This document shows positions 8,701 through 19,400 of a stretch of 64,000 nucleotides of DNA, piece after piece. Source of the DNA: Candidatus Angelobacter sp. GTDB lineage: Bacteria > Acidobacteriota > Terriglobia > Terriglobales > Acidobacteriaceae. The notes under the pieces are model-generated. The model searched no databases, had not been told where the DNA came from, and worked only from the letters and a program-made list of their open reading frames with translations. The position numbers were made by a program, and so were the translations under genes. Where the stretch lies: contig DASXJO010000978.1 in assembly GCA_036497385.1 (NCBI GenBank), forward strand, positions 2,048-66,047, given 5' to 3'. How positions within the stretch are numbered: position 1 is the first letter of the stretch; each line of letters starts with the position of its first letter.

Positions 8701-11700
8701 CGATCCTGAAGATTGTGCCTGCACCGCTCGATGCGCAGACTGTTGCCGGCGCTGAAACACAAGCGGCCGGGCCGGAGCTGTCAGTTGTGGAACTTTTCGA
8801 GCAGCAGGCAGCCAGTCTTCCGGATGCAATAGCACTTGTATGCGGGGAGGAAGCTGTCTCATACGCGGAGGCTCGGCAAAAGATCCATGAGTTGTCCCTC
8901 CAGTTGAAACGTCTTGGGGCCGGTCCGGAGGTAATCATCGGGGTCTGCATTTCCCGATCTGTGGAACTGGTGCTGGCGTGTATGGCCGTGTTGAAGACCG
9001 GCAGCGCATGCTTGCCGATTGCTCCGGAGATTCCCTTCGCAAGGAAATCCGACATCATCAACGATGCCCGCGTAACCATTCTATTGGTAACAACACCGCC
9101 TGAAGCCTCTCTGGCGCGCCCGCTCCGTGTAGTCCAGATTGACCAGGCCATGCATCGAAATTCAGGAGCAGAATCCGAAGACTTTTCAGGGCAGGATGCG
9201 GATGTCATTCGCGGTGAGCAGGCTGCATACGCTGTTTATACATCCGGCTCCACAGGACGGCCCAAAGGCGTAGTGGTGAGCCACGGATCACTGGCTCACA
9301 AGGTACGCACGATCAACCAGCGCCTGGGCATCGGGCCTTCCACAAAGTACGCAGTCATAGCCTCGATCGGGGTCGATCCCCTCTTTGAACAGATGCTCTG
9401 CCCGGTCTGCGCCGGAGGCCAGGTCACTGTTGTTCCTGAAGAAGTCCTTGAAGATCGAGCTGCTTTTCTGGCGTACTGCGGTTTACACGAGATCAGCGTC
9501 GTGGATGTCACGCCGGCGCTGGCGGAGCATTTGTTCGAAAGCACTTCGGATCTGCGTTTCGAAATTCTTATTGTGGGCGGAGATGTCCTCACGCCCAGGG
9601 TTGCGAACGGTCTTCAAAAGACCGGCGTGGCAAAACGGCTCTTGAACGTTTATGGCCCGACTGAAACGTGTATCGATGCCACATTCCATGAGATTGCCGG
9701 CGAGCTGAGAAATACCGTTCCGATTGGAAAGCCGTTTCCTGGCTATTACGCCTTTGTGCTGGATGAGCGGTTACGGCCGGTTGGCACGAACGTGATCGGG
9801 GAACTCTATATTGCGGGCGCAGGAGTAGCGCGAGGTTATCTGAATCATCCTTCCCTGACCGCGGAGCGTTTTGTGGCTTGTCCTTTCGCGTCCGGGAGCG
9901 GACAGCGCATGTACAGGACAGGCGACTTGGCGCGCTGGGGAGAGGATTTTGTCCTGGAATTCATAGGACGCGCCGACGATCAGATCAAGATTCGCGGATA
10001 TCGAGTCGAGCCTGAGGAGGTCCGGGCCGTGCTGCAGGAACTTCCCGGCGTTAAGGAGGCTCTTGTCATTGCGTACGAAAGTTCCGGCCACAAGCAGTTG
10101 GCAGCATACATGATTGCGGACAGGAGCGATGAAAGCTTCTGCCGGAGTGTGAGCGATGAACTCCGCAGGCTCTTGCCCGATTACATGGTGCCTTCGGCGG
10201 TGATTCCCCTGCAGTCGTGGCCGCTGACCTTGAGCGGCAAAATCAATCGTCGAGTCTTGCCGCAGCCGGGCACGAGGCCGGCAAAAGCCAAACGCTGGCC
10301 AGTCACCAAAAAAGAGCGGCAGCTGGCGTGCATTGTTGCCGAATTATTGTCCCTGCCTGCGGTCGGCATGGATGATAACTTTTTTGAGCTGGGTGGTCAC
10401 TCGTTATTGGCGATGAAGCTGATCAGCCGCATCCAAAGCGCCTTTCAGAGCAAAATCTCCTTACGCAAGCTTTTTGAATGTCCCACCGTTGCTGCATTGG
10501 TGCAGCATTTATCAGACCTGCCGGCTGCGTCGCAGCTTCCGCTTGTGCCTCAGGCCCGCGACGGGCATCTATGCCTCTCATTTGCCCAGCAGCGCCTCTG
10601 GGTCATCAACCAGGTGGAGAAGGGAAATGGGCAATACAACTGGCTGGAAGGCTGGCGGATTCTCGGAGAATTAAATCCTGACGCTCTGAAGCGGGCGCTC
10701 CAGGCGATTATCGACCGGCATGAGAGCCTGCGAACGCGGTTCCCATTGCACGGAGACACGCCTGTACAAGTCATTGCCCCATCGTGGGAGATCGATCTGT
10801 CAACTGAAGACCTGAGCGGCTTCGCGGAGAGCGAAAAAGAAAGCCGGATACAGGCAATTCAGACACAGCAGTGGAACTATCCATTTGATCTTGCCAACGG
10901 CCCGCTTCTCCGCTTGAACCTCCTGAAGTTTGAGCAGGATGAGCACATCCTGCTGCTGGCCGTCCATCACATTATCTGGGATGGATGGTCACAAAGTGTC
11001 TTTATCCAGGAACTCGGAGCATTGTACGAGGCGTTCGAGCAGGGGCGCGGAAGCCCGCTCGCTCCTTTGCCGGTGCAATACGCAGACTTTGCCATATGGC
11101 AGCGTAGATGGCTTGATGAGGGCACGTTGGCAGCCCAGTCGGCATACTGGCGGAACCATTTGGCGGAAATGCCGCTCGAGCTGGCCCTGCCCAGAGACCA
11201 TTCACGCAAACAGCTCCAGACTTTCGCTTCCGAGGTATGCAAGATAATTCTTCCCGCGGATTCGTTCTGGAAACTTCGGCATTTCGGCGACTCGCATGCG
11301 GCCACGCCTTTTATGACGCTGCTCGCGGTCCTGTCGATCTTTTTCGCGCGTTACAGCGGCCAGGATGACATCGCTATTGGCTCTCCGATCGCAAATCGTC
11401 CTGACCCCAAACTCGAAGAGCTGATCGGGTTCTTTGTTAATTCGCTTGTCATGCGGGTCCAGGTTTTCCCCAGGCGCACGTTCAGGGAGACCATTGCTCT
11501 GGTTCGCACCATCGCGTTGGACGCATACCTGAACCAGGACCTTCCCTTCGAGCGCCTGGTGGAGGAGGTATGCGTGGACCGGCATCTGAACCGCACACCA
11601 CTCTTCCAGGTGGTTTTCGCCATGCTGGATGCGGTGGCGCCCCAGCAAAGCGGAGCGGTGCGATTTGAGCATTTGCCCGCATATGCGCAGAGGGTCCGTT

Positions 11701-14700
11701 TCGACCTTGAGATTCATGCGATCCAGCATCCGGAACATATCGAAATTGAATGGATCTACAATCGCAGCCTGTTCGAACGCTGGCGCGTCGAACAAATGTC
11801 CAGGCATTTCCTCAACCTGTTGCATGATGGCCTGGCGCATCCGGAACTCCCGGTAGAACATTTGAATTTTCTGGATGCCCAGGACCGGCGCCTGGTGCTC
11901 GAGGAATTCAGCTGCCGCGGTGCGGTTGCTTTAGCCGCCGTGTGGCCCGAGTTGTTTGAATCACAAGCAAAGCTTACGCCGGACTGTGTGGCTGTTGCAG
12001 GGAGCGACGGTGCGTTGTCTTATTGCAAGTTGAACGAAAGAGCCAATCAGCTCGCCCATGTGCTGATGGGATGGGGGGCCGGCCCTGAACAGGTTGTGTG
12101 CATTGCAATGGGCTCTTCGTTCACGAGGGTTGAGGCCATCCTCGCGGTCCTGAAAGCGGGCGCGGCTTGCCTGGTGGTGGACCGGCATATACCCGCCTTG
12201 CGGCTTGAATACATTTTAAAAGACTGCTGCGCGTCATTTGTGGTGATCGAAGGGCAGGATCGGGCGCGGTTTTCGAGTGAGCGCCGTATCATTGACCTGG
12301 ACTCGCCCGGTGTAAGCCGGGCTGTAAGCTCAGCCGCCATCACCAATCCTACCGATCGCGAGCGGCATTCCAGTTTGCTGTACAGCAACCTGGCTTATCT
12401 GATCTATACCTCGGGCTCCACCGGCATACCGAAGGGAGTCAGCATCACTCACCGGGGCATCGCCGCTCTTGCCGCCCAAAGCGGCCATCTTGGAATCACT
12501 CATCAGTCCCGCATCGCACAGTTTGCCGCGCCTACCTTTGACGCTTTTGTGTGGGAGATGCTGATGGCGCTGTTCACCGGCGCCGCACTTGTGCTGGTGC
12601 CTGATGATATGCGCAGCGGTCCCGCGCTGCATGATGTTCTCTCGTCGGAGCAGATCACCCACGCTCTGCTGCCGCCCACCGTCCTGGGGACCTTGAGCAA
12701 CCCCGCTCAAATGCCGCTTGCAACGCTGATTGTCGGCGGAGAAGCCTGCTCCATGGAGCTTGTCCGCCAATGGTCGTTTGGCCGCAGGATGGTCAACGCA
12801 TACGGGCCGACGGAGTCGACGGTATGCGCGACAGTGAGCAGTCCTCTTGAGGAAGGCGAAGTGGTCCCCCTCGGCCGGCCAATCCAGGGCACTGCGATCT
12901 ATATTTTGGATTCCAACTTGAAGTTGTCGCCCGTGGGAGTGCAAGGAGAACTGTATATCGCCGGCGAAGGACTGGCTCGGGGATATTTAAACCAGCCGGG
13001 CCTTACGGCGTCGCGGTTTGTCGCCGATCCATTTGGCGCTCCGGGTACGCGAATGTACAGGTCGGGAGATCTGGCGCGGTGGCGTGTGGATGGAAACCTG
13101 GAATTTCTCGGGCGGAATGACCGCCAGGTCAAGGTCCGCGGCGTACGGATCGAACTGGCGGAAATCGAGGCCGCGCTCATGCGGGATAAACGCGTTTTGG
13201 AGGCGGTGGCAACCGCCAGCGACACGAAACTCGGCCGGCACTTATTTGCCTATGTGACCGAGAGACCCGGACATGAACTCTCACAGGATTTCGAAGAGGC
13301 GCATCTGCAGGAATGGGAAGAGCTTTACGATTCCACCTACGCCGGCGAGAAGGTCTCTTTGGGAGATTTCAATATCGTTGGCTGGAACAGCAGTTACACC
13401 AGCAAGCCGATCACATCGACCGAGATGCAGATATGGCTCGCGGAGTCGGTCCAGAGTATCCGCAAACTTCGGCCGCGCCGGGTTGCGGAGATCGGATGCG
13501 GGACCGGCCTATTGCTGACCCGGCTGGCGCCCGAGTGCGAGAGTTATATCGGAATTGATTTTTCCGCGAAGGTCCTTGAGCAGGTGGGCGCCTATATTGC
13601 TCATCGTCCTGAGATGGACCACGTGGTTCTGCATCAGGGTTTTGCCGACAGGCTGGAAATGATCGGCGACCGCAGTGTCGACCTTACCATCATCAATTCA
13701 GTCGTGCAGTATTTCCCTTCGGTGGAGTATCTGATGAAGGTGCTGGATGAGGCCCTGAGAATCACGGCCGATCATGGGCACATCTTCGTGGGCGATGTCC
13801 GCAACGCGGTGCTGCTGGAGGCATTTCACACTTCCGTCCTGTTAGATAAGCTGCCGGCGTCCACGCCATTGCATGAGCTTCTCCAGCGGGTCACGGAAGC
13901 ATGCAACAACGAGAAAGAACTGGTTGTCCACCCCGAACTATTTCGGCAGGCCGGGCGGCATCATGAGCGCATCGGCCGGGTCGATGTGAGCCTCAAGCCG
14001 GGCGCCTATGACAATGAGCTGAGCCGGTTCCGCTACGATGTGGTCCTGCATCTGGGACCGCGCAGCGCGCTGCATCCTTCCGAGGAACGCTTGCCATGGG
14101 ACGCGCAGGGAAGCTGGCGCAGTTCGGTTGAAAAGCTGCTTGCGAAATCAGGGACAACCAGCATTGCGTTGCGTGGCTTTCCTGACGCCAGGGTGGCGGC
14201 AAGCGTGGAAGCGGCACGCATGTTGCATTCCGCACCGGCTGGCATCTTCACCCTGGCCCAGATCAAGAAGAGCGTTGAGAAAGTTAACGGTGAGGACCCG
14301 AACTCCGTTTTCGAACTATGCAAGCGCCTGAATGTGGAAGTGTGCTGGCAGGGGTGGAATGAAAGCGGTGTCTATGACGCAATGATAAATCCGCAATGGT
14401 GGCCGTCACTGGAATCATCGCTCGCATCAGCATGCGATTATGCGCGCTACGGCAATACGCCAGGCCGGAGACAGCAAAGAAAGAAGCTGGGCCGCATCCT
14501 TCAGCAGGAGTTGAAACAATCATTGCCTGACTACATGACGCCCTCAATTGTCATGGTATTGCCTTCCTGGCCGCTGACGGCCTCCGGGAAAATCGACATG
14601 AAGGCGCTGCCCGCGCCTGAGAGCCACGTCGCCGTACAGCGAAGGAGCCCAGGCACAGCCAAGGAATCGCTCTTGTGCTCTCTTGTCGCGAACATTTTAG

Positions 14701-16385
14701 GACGTAAAAGCGTGGACCCGGACGAAAGCTTTTTTGCTCTTGGCGGCGATAGCATCCTGTCCATTCAACTGGTCAGCCAGGCGCGCTCCGCCGGGCTGAT
14801 CTTCACTCCAGGAGAAGTCTTCCAGCATCCGACTGTTGCCGCGGTGGCCAGAATTGCCCGGGAAAATAGCAATCATTGCTCCGCGAGGACGGTGGAAGCA
14901 AGCGGTCCCGTCGCCATGACGCCCATCATGCGCTGGATGCTGGAGTGGAGCGGAGTTCCCCGAGCATTTTTCCAGGTACAGTTTTTGCACACTCCCGCCC
15001 GCATTTCTTTTCATGAACTGGAGATGATGCTGCAAGCTTTAGTCGATCACCATGAGGGTCTTAGATCGCGGCTGGTGGTCGAGGCCGGTCTTCATTCAGG
15101 GCATTTGCACGCTCTTCCGCCGGGCTCGATAGAAGCCGCCTCTTTCCTGGAAAGAGTGGATGTTTCCTCTCTGGACGAGCATGAACATCTGGCCGTCGCC
15201 AGAGAGCAGGCGAGGGCCGCCGGAGAAAAACTGGATCCAGAAGGGGGCCGGATGATTCGTGCGGTATGGCTTGATGCCGGAAGCCAGAGGCGCGGAGGGC
15301 TCCTGCTGGTTATCCACCATCTGGTTGTGGATGGTGTTTCGTGGCGGATTCTGATGTCCGATTTAGGCCTGCTCTGGGAAGCGGTCAGCGGAGGAAGGGG
15401 ACAGACGCTGCCCGACAACAAGACGAGCCAGTATCGATGGTCCCAAGAGTTGTACAGCCGGGCGAAAGGCGAGCAAGCCGGAGACGTTTCATTCTGGCTG
15501 CGGATGCTGACCTGCTCCGATGCGAGGCTGTTCCAGGTCCCGCTGGACCGCTGCCGCGACACGGTCCGCAACGCGGGCCAATGCGTCACCTTCCTGCCGG
15601 CTCCCCTTGTCTCGGCGATGCTGACGACGGTTTGCAACAAATTCAGGGCCCAGATGAACGACATCCTGGTTACTGCCCTGGTCCTTGCTATCGCCAAATG
15701 GCGCCGCCATCAGGGCGAGACAGCGGCTTCGGTCGTGCTAGAACTGGAAGGGCATGGCCGCGAGCCTTTGGCGGACGATATTGATCTGTCGCGTGCCGTC
15801 GGTTGGTTCACCATCACCTACCCTGTGGCGTTCGAGCTTCACGATCTTTCCCTCGAAGATGCCTGGAGTGGCGGGCCGGCGCTGGGCAAAGCCCTGAAGC
15901 GATTCAAAGAAACGCTTCGCAATACGGCAAAGAAAGGACTGGATTATGGATTGTTACGCTATCTTAACGAACAAACCACCACAGCCTACGCCTCAGTCCC
16001 CGCGCCCGATGTCCGTTTCAATTATCTGGGGCATTTCGTTGCCGCCGAGGAGACGGACTGGTCGATACGCGACGACATAGAACTCGGCGAAGATCCCAAT
16101 ATGCCGATGAGTCACGCCTTGATGCTGGACATCCTGACTTTGGAGCGGCGCAATGGCTGCACCGTCAAGTGTGTCTGGACATGGGCCCCGGCAGTTGTAT
16201 CGGAGCCGGAAGTCCGCGATCTATGCCAGATCTGGACACACGTTCTGGATGCAATCGTGCGGCATTGCATGGAGCCGAACTCGGGTGGACTGACTCCCTC
16301 CGATGTCCCGCTCGTGTCCATCAATCAGGATGAAATTGAATTTTTAAGAAAGCGGGTGCGGCAGCGTTTGCTTGCAGGCCAATAA
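7365..16385 (+). CDS. NRPS 1 (3006 aa): C*-A1-T1-C2-A2(embedded N-MT)-T2-E
   Basis: GTG start at 7365. Motifs read by domain:
- C1: SAQQRVWFVEQ and a degenerate HYLVSDQ.
- A1: AYAVYTSGSTGRPKG, NVYGPTE, GELYIAGAGVARGY, YRTGDLARW, SGKINRRVLP.
- T1: FFELGGHSL (Ser codon 10401-10403).
- C2: LSFAQQRLW, HHIIWDGWS (from 10965).
- A2: LAYLIYTSGSTGIPKG, NAYGPTE, QVKVRGVRIELAEIE, then a ~410-aa insert, then LPDYMTPS...SGKIDMKALP.
- T2: FFALGGDSI (Ser 14751-14753).
- E: HHLVVDGVSWRIL (from 15315), RFNYLGHF. Confidence 0.97.
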   Translation: MSQSSVGFHPTHMDRALAPSLSSAQQRVWFVEQFESGNTGNQFTCAFRLRGELDERALRRAIQAVVERHGALRTRFVEVDGRPAQIVEPDARIELSQEDWSGYPKSAQAEKLSALLRNEWDQPFEPGGFPMFRLKLVLLAANEYIFVQTFHYLVSDQASLEIFFRELIQAYTAARQGRDYQWEALSLQYIDFVAWEQSYRQQDGLVQDLAYWKDQLAGLHPVTLPYHAARSRASTSAAVYHVTLPAEQFAVLKQPEKAQKASTHAIVAAALAVLLAKLTDGRECLIACPVEIRHDPVFTPLMGCFLNLVPLRLGIEGWTREFWTLVESVQKAIDGACLHCRVPFEDLVAELSPDRRMDLAPLFPIELDVHGEECETCVIDGLQVERSRVDKQRVAFDLEINVYERNGRLDFDWVYKRDLFDHERIAAMAELYLRILQSAIADPHAPILKIVPAPLDAQTVAGAETQAAGPELSVVELFEQQAASLPDAIALVCGEEAVSYAEARQKIHELSLQLKRLGAGPEVIIGVCISRSVELVLACMAVLKTGSACLPIAPEIPFARKSDIINDARVTILLVTTPPEASLARPLRVVQIDQAMHRNSGAESEDFSGQDADVIRGEQAAYAVYTSGSTGRPKGVVVSHGSLAHKVRTINQRLGIGPSTKYAVIASIGVDPLFEQMLCPVCAGGQVTVVPEEVLEDRAAFLAYCGLHEISVVDVTPALAEHLFESTSDLRFEILIVGGDVLTPRVANGLQKTGVAKRLLNVYGPTETCIDATFHEIAGELRNTVPIGKPFPGYYAFVLDERLRPVGTNVIGELYIAGAGVARGYLNHPSLTAERFVACPFASGSGQRMYRTGDLARWGEDFVLEFIGRADDQIKIRGYRVEPEEVRAVLQELPGVKEALVIAYESSGHKQLAAYMIADRSDESFCRSVSDELRRLLPDYMVPSAVIPLQSWPLTLSGKINRRVLPQPGTRPAKAKRWPVTKKERQLACIVAELLSLPAVGMDDNFFELGGHSLLAMKLISRIQSAFQSKISLRKLFECPTVAALVQHLSDLPAASQLPLVPQARDGHLCLSFAQQRLWVINQVEKGNGQYNWLEGWRILGELNPDALKRALQAIIDRHESLRTRFPLHGDTPVQVIAPSWEIDLSTEDLSGFAESEKESRIQAIQTQQWNYPFDLANGPLLRLNLLKFEQDEHILLLAVHHIIWDGWSQSVFIQELGALYEAFEQGRGSPLAPLPVQYADFAIWQRRWLDEGTLAAQSAYWRNHLAEMPLELALPRDHSRKQLQTFASEVCKIILPADSFWKLRHFGDSHAATPFMTLLAVLSIFFARYSGQDDIAIGSPIANRPDPKLEELIGFFVNSLVMRVQVFPRRTFRETIALVRTIALDAYLNQDLPFERLVEEVCVDRHLNRTPLFQVVFAMLDAVAPQQSGAVRFEHLPAYAQRVRFDLEIHAIQHPEHIEIEWIYNRSLFERWRVEQMSRHFLNLLHDGLAHPELPVEHLNFLDAQDRRLVLEEFSCRGAVALAAVWPELFESQAKLTPDCVAVAGSDGALSYCKLNERANQLAHVLMGWGAGPEQVVCIAMGSSFTRVEAILAVLKAGAACLVVDRHIPALRLEYILKDCCASFVVIEGQDRARFSSERRIIDLDSPGVSRAVSSAAITNPTDRERHSSLLYSNLAYLIYTSGSTGIPKGVSITHRGIAALAAQSGHLGITHQSRIAQFAAPTFDAFVWEMLMALFTGAALVLVPDDMRSGPALHDVLSSEQITHALLPPTVLGTLSNPAQMPLATLIVGGEACSMELVRQWSFGRRMVNAYGPTESTVCATVSSPLEEGEVVPLGRPIQGTAIYILDSNLKLSPVGVQGELYIAGEGLARGYLNQPGLTASRFVADPFGAPGTRMYRSGDLARWRVDGNLEFLGRNDRQVKVRGVRIELAEIEAALMRDKRVLEAVATASDTKLGRHLFAYVTERPGHELSQDFEEAHLQEWEELYDSTYAGEKVSLGDFNIVGWNSSYTSKPITSTEMQIWLAESVQSIRKLRPRRVAEIGCGTGLLLTRLAPECESYIGIDFSAKVLEQVGAYIAHRPEMDHVVLHQGFADRLEMIGDRSVDLTIINSVVQYFPSVEYLMKVLDEALRITADHGHIFVGDVRNAVLLEAFHTSVLLDKLPASTPLHELLQRVTEACNNEKELVVHPELFRQAGRHHERIGRVDVSLKPGAYDNELSRFRYDVVLHLGPRSALHPSEERLPWDAQGSWRSSVEKLLAKSGTTSIALRGFPDARVAASVEAARMLHSAPAGIFTLAQIKKSVEKVNGEDPNSVFELCKRLNVEVCWQGWNESGVYDAMINPQWWPSLESSLASACDYARYGNTPGRRQQRKKLGRILQQELKQSLPDYMTPSIVMVLPSWPLTASGKIDMKALPAPESHVAVQRRSPGTAKESLLCSLVANILGRKSVDPDESFFALGGDSILSIQLVSQARSAGLIFTPGEVFQHPTVAAVARIARENSNHCSARTVEASGPVAMTPIMRWMLEWSGVPRAFFQVQFLHTPARISFHELEMMLQALVDHHEGLRSRLVVEAGLHSGHLHALPPGSIEAASFLERVDVSSLDEHEHLAVAREQARAAGEKLDPEGGRMIRAVWLDAGSQRRGGLLLVIHHLVVDGVSWRILMSDLGLLWEAVSGGRGQTLPDNKTSQYRWSQELYSRAKGEQAGDVSFWLRMLTCSDARLFQVPLDRCRDTVRNAGQCVTFLPAPLVSAMLTTVCNKFRAQMNDILVTALVLAIAKWRRHQGETAASVVLELEGHGREPLADDIDLSRAVGWFTITYPVAFELHDLSLEDAWSGGPALGKALKRFKETLRNTAKKGLDYGLLRYLNEQTTTAYASVPAPDVRFNYLGHFVAAEETDWSIRDDIELGEDPNMPMSHALMLDILTLERRNGCTVKCVWTWAPAVVSEPEVRDLCQIWTHVLDAIVRHCMEPNSGGLTPSDVPLVSINQDEIEFLRKRVRQRLLAGQ
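13284..14520 (+). other. N-methyltransferase domain inserted between A-domain core motifs A8 and A9 of module 2
   Basis: The insert lies between QVKVRGVRIELAEIE (A8) and LPDYMTPS (A9). It contains EIGCGTG (13488-13508), NSVVQYFPSVEYL and NELSRFRYDVV (14013-14036). These match the classical NRPS N-MT cores VLEIGxGxG / SVxQYFP / NELSxYRYxAV. Confidence 0.8.
14904..16385 (+). other. Epimerization domain closing NRPS 1
   Basis: Follows a GGDSI-type carrier protein. Motifs: HHLVVDGVSWRIL, EGHGRE, RFNYLGHF. Confidence 0.85.
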
Positions 16386-16463
16386 CAGCCATCCCGCAAA
16401 TGAACGGTTCAAGAACCTGGCGCGCGGCGTTCCGCGAAACACTGAAAGGAGCGGATTCTAGAG

Positions 16464-19400
16464 ATGTTGACTCAAAAATGGAGCGAAAAAGATGAGTCCG
16501 TTCAGACCTCGCGGACCGAAATTGAAGACATTCTGCCGCTATGCCCGCTGCAGGAATCATTGCTGTTCCACCTGGTTTACGATCCGAATGTAGCGGACAT
16601 ATATCTTTCCCAGACGGTTGTGGGATTAAAAGGCATTCTCGATGAGAACACCTTAAAGAAGGCTGCCGCATTCCTGCTGGACCGCCATAGCAGCCTGCGC
16701 GCAAGTTTTGAATTCGAAGGTGTCAGCCGGCCGGTCCAGATCATTCTCGTCCAGTCGCCTCTGGTCTGGAGCCGCACTGACCTGATTAATGTCCCTCCAT
16801 CGGAAAAAGAAGAAAAGCTGCGCGATCTTCTGGCTGAAGATCTTAAGCAACCCTTCCCCTCGGCGCCTCCGTCTCTGGTGCGTTTCAAGCTGATTCAACT
16901 TACGCAAGAAGAGTACCGCTTTGTAATTACGAGCCATCACATCCTGTTCGATGGCTGGTCGGCCATGGTCATGCTGAAGGAGCTTCTGACTGCTTACTCC
17001 CAGAATGGGAGTGCGATTGATCTGCCGCCGCCCACACCGTACCGGGAATATTTGCTATGGCTTTCCCGCCAGGACCGCAACCTGGCCGTTCAGTTATGGC
17101 AAGAATCCCTTTCCGGTTTAAAAGAGGGGACATTCCTTGCACCCCGCCTTCCCCAGCAGTCCGCGCCCGTGCACGAGCGGCATATTGAATTTCTTCCCGA
17201 AGACCTGACTCTTGCTCTGGTCGATTCCGCGCACAAACATGGCGTAACGCTGAATGCGGTGATACAAACCGCTTGGGCCCTGCTGCTCGGACGCATGACC
17301 TACACGACCGACGTGGTATTCGGAGGCACAGTATCGGGGAGGCCGCCCAGCATTGAAGGAATTGAATCAATGGTTGGTCTCTTCGCTGAGACGCTTCCAG
17401 TAAGAGTCGAGTTCCGTTCGACTGACCGGTGGATCGATCTGGTGAAAGCTGTGCACAATCGCCAGTCGCGGCTGATGGATTACCACTATATTGGCCTGGC
17501 AGAGATCCAGCGCGTTTCCGCCCTGACACAGCTTTTCGATACCCTCATTGTTTTCCAGAATTACCCTGTCATCCGCAACTTTTTCGCAGAGCTGGCTTCC
17601 GGCCTGTACGTTACGAGCATTCAGGGGCGCGATGACTCACATTATCCTTTGAGCATCATGGTCGTTCCGGGCCAGCGGCTGGAACTGTCATTCAGCTATA
17701 GAGTCGACGCCTTTTCGCATAGCCGAATCTGCACCATCGCAGAGGATTTGGTCGGATTGTTGAAAGCCTTCCTGGCTCGGCCCGAAGATCCAGTCAGTCT
17801 TGACGCAAGCTGTTCAGAACTGCAGACAGCCACAGGCTACAGACTCAAAGGCCAGTCCTGCGATATGCCGGACGTCAACGGATTGGCGGACCTGATAGAG
17901 GCCCAGGTCTCCAGGACTCCAGACCGGATTGCAGTTCTCGATGGGGAACAATCTTTTACCTACGCCGAAATAAACCAGCAGGCCAATTGCCTGGCCCATT
18001 ATCTGATCGATTGGGGGATCGGCCCGGAAGACATGATTGCCGTCATTCTGGACCGGTCAATCCATGCGGTGCTGGCTTTGCTGGCCTGTTTGAAATGCGG
18101 AGGAGCGTATGTCCCCATCAATCCGGAATATCCACCTGAAAGGATAGAGCGAATCCTGCAACTGGCGCGCCCCAAAGTCATTCTCTCGACCAGTGCCCGG
18201 AAGCCGGCGGCAGAGCGCCATTCCGTGTGCCTGCTGGACGAGCAGGCTGTGATGCGGGAAATCATGGGGAAACCGCGGACCGATCCCAGGCAGCAGGATC
18301 GAACACTCCCGCTGGATTTGAATCACCCGATCTATGTGATCTTCACATCCGGAACAACCGGAGTTCCTAAAGGCGTGGTGATGCGGGCGGTTGCAATTCT
18401 GAACCTGATGAAATGGCATGACAGCAAGCCCCATGAAGGGTCTCCGACAAACGTCGCCCAATTTACCAGCCTGGGGTTCGATGTATCTATTCAAGAAATA
18501 CTGCATTCAATGTCAACCGGAAAGACACTGCACATCGTTCCGGAGACGGCCCGTCATGATCCTGAAGAGTTTGTGGAGTGGCTGGAGCGCAATGATATCA
18601 ATCTGCTTTTTGCGCCGTCCCTGGTGATAGGCGCCCTATGCATTGCTGCCGCCGATAAAAATATCGAGTTGAAATCGCTCACCGACATCATTCAGGGCGG
18701 CGAGCCGCTGGTAATAACCGAGGGGATGCGCCGCCAGTTCGCTTCGGGCGCTAGCGCAAGGAGACTCCATAATCACTACGGCCCCAGCGAAACTCATGCT
18801 GTGACCGCCTATAGGCTTCCGGCAAACCCAGCTGATTGGCCTAGCCATGTCCCCATTGGAAATCCAATCGCCAACATGCAGATGTATGTATTGAACGAAA
18901 GCCTTGCGCCCATTCAGCCGGGCGAAAGCGGGGAGCTGTATATTGCCGGCGTTGCGTTAGCAAGAGGCTATCTCAATCATCCTGCATTGACAGCGGAACG
19001 GTTTGTCGCAGATCCGTTCGGCGCTCCCGGTGACCGAATGTATCGTACCGGGGACCTCGTCTCTGTGAACCAGGCGGGAATGCTTGAATTCATTGGCCGC
19101 ATCGATAACCAGGTGAAGATTGGAGGGGTGCGGATTGAACCCAGAGAGATCGAAACAGCCCTTCTCCGGATAGAAGGCATCCTTCAATGCGCCGTCCTGG
19201 TTGCCGAAATCCAGGGGAAGAAGCAACTTGCCGCCTACGTTGTCTGGCAGGAAAACCGGAAGAGCGGCATAGCAGACATCCGGCAACAGCTTCGGCGCAC
19301 TTTGCCGGAGTATATGGTGCCGCATCGATATTGTTTCGTCGATAAGCTGCCCCTGACGTTCAATGGAAAACTCGATAGAAACAGCCTGCTCGCGCTCCTG

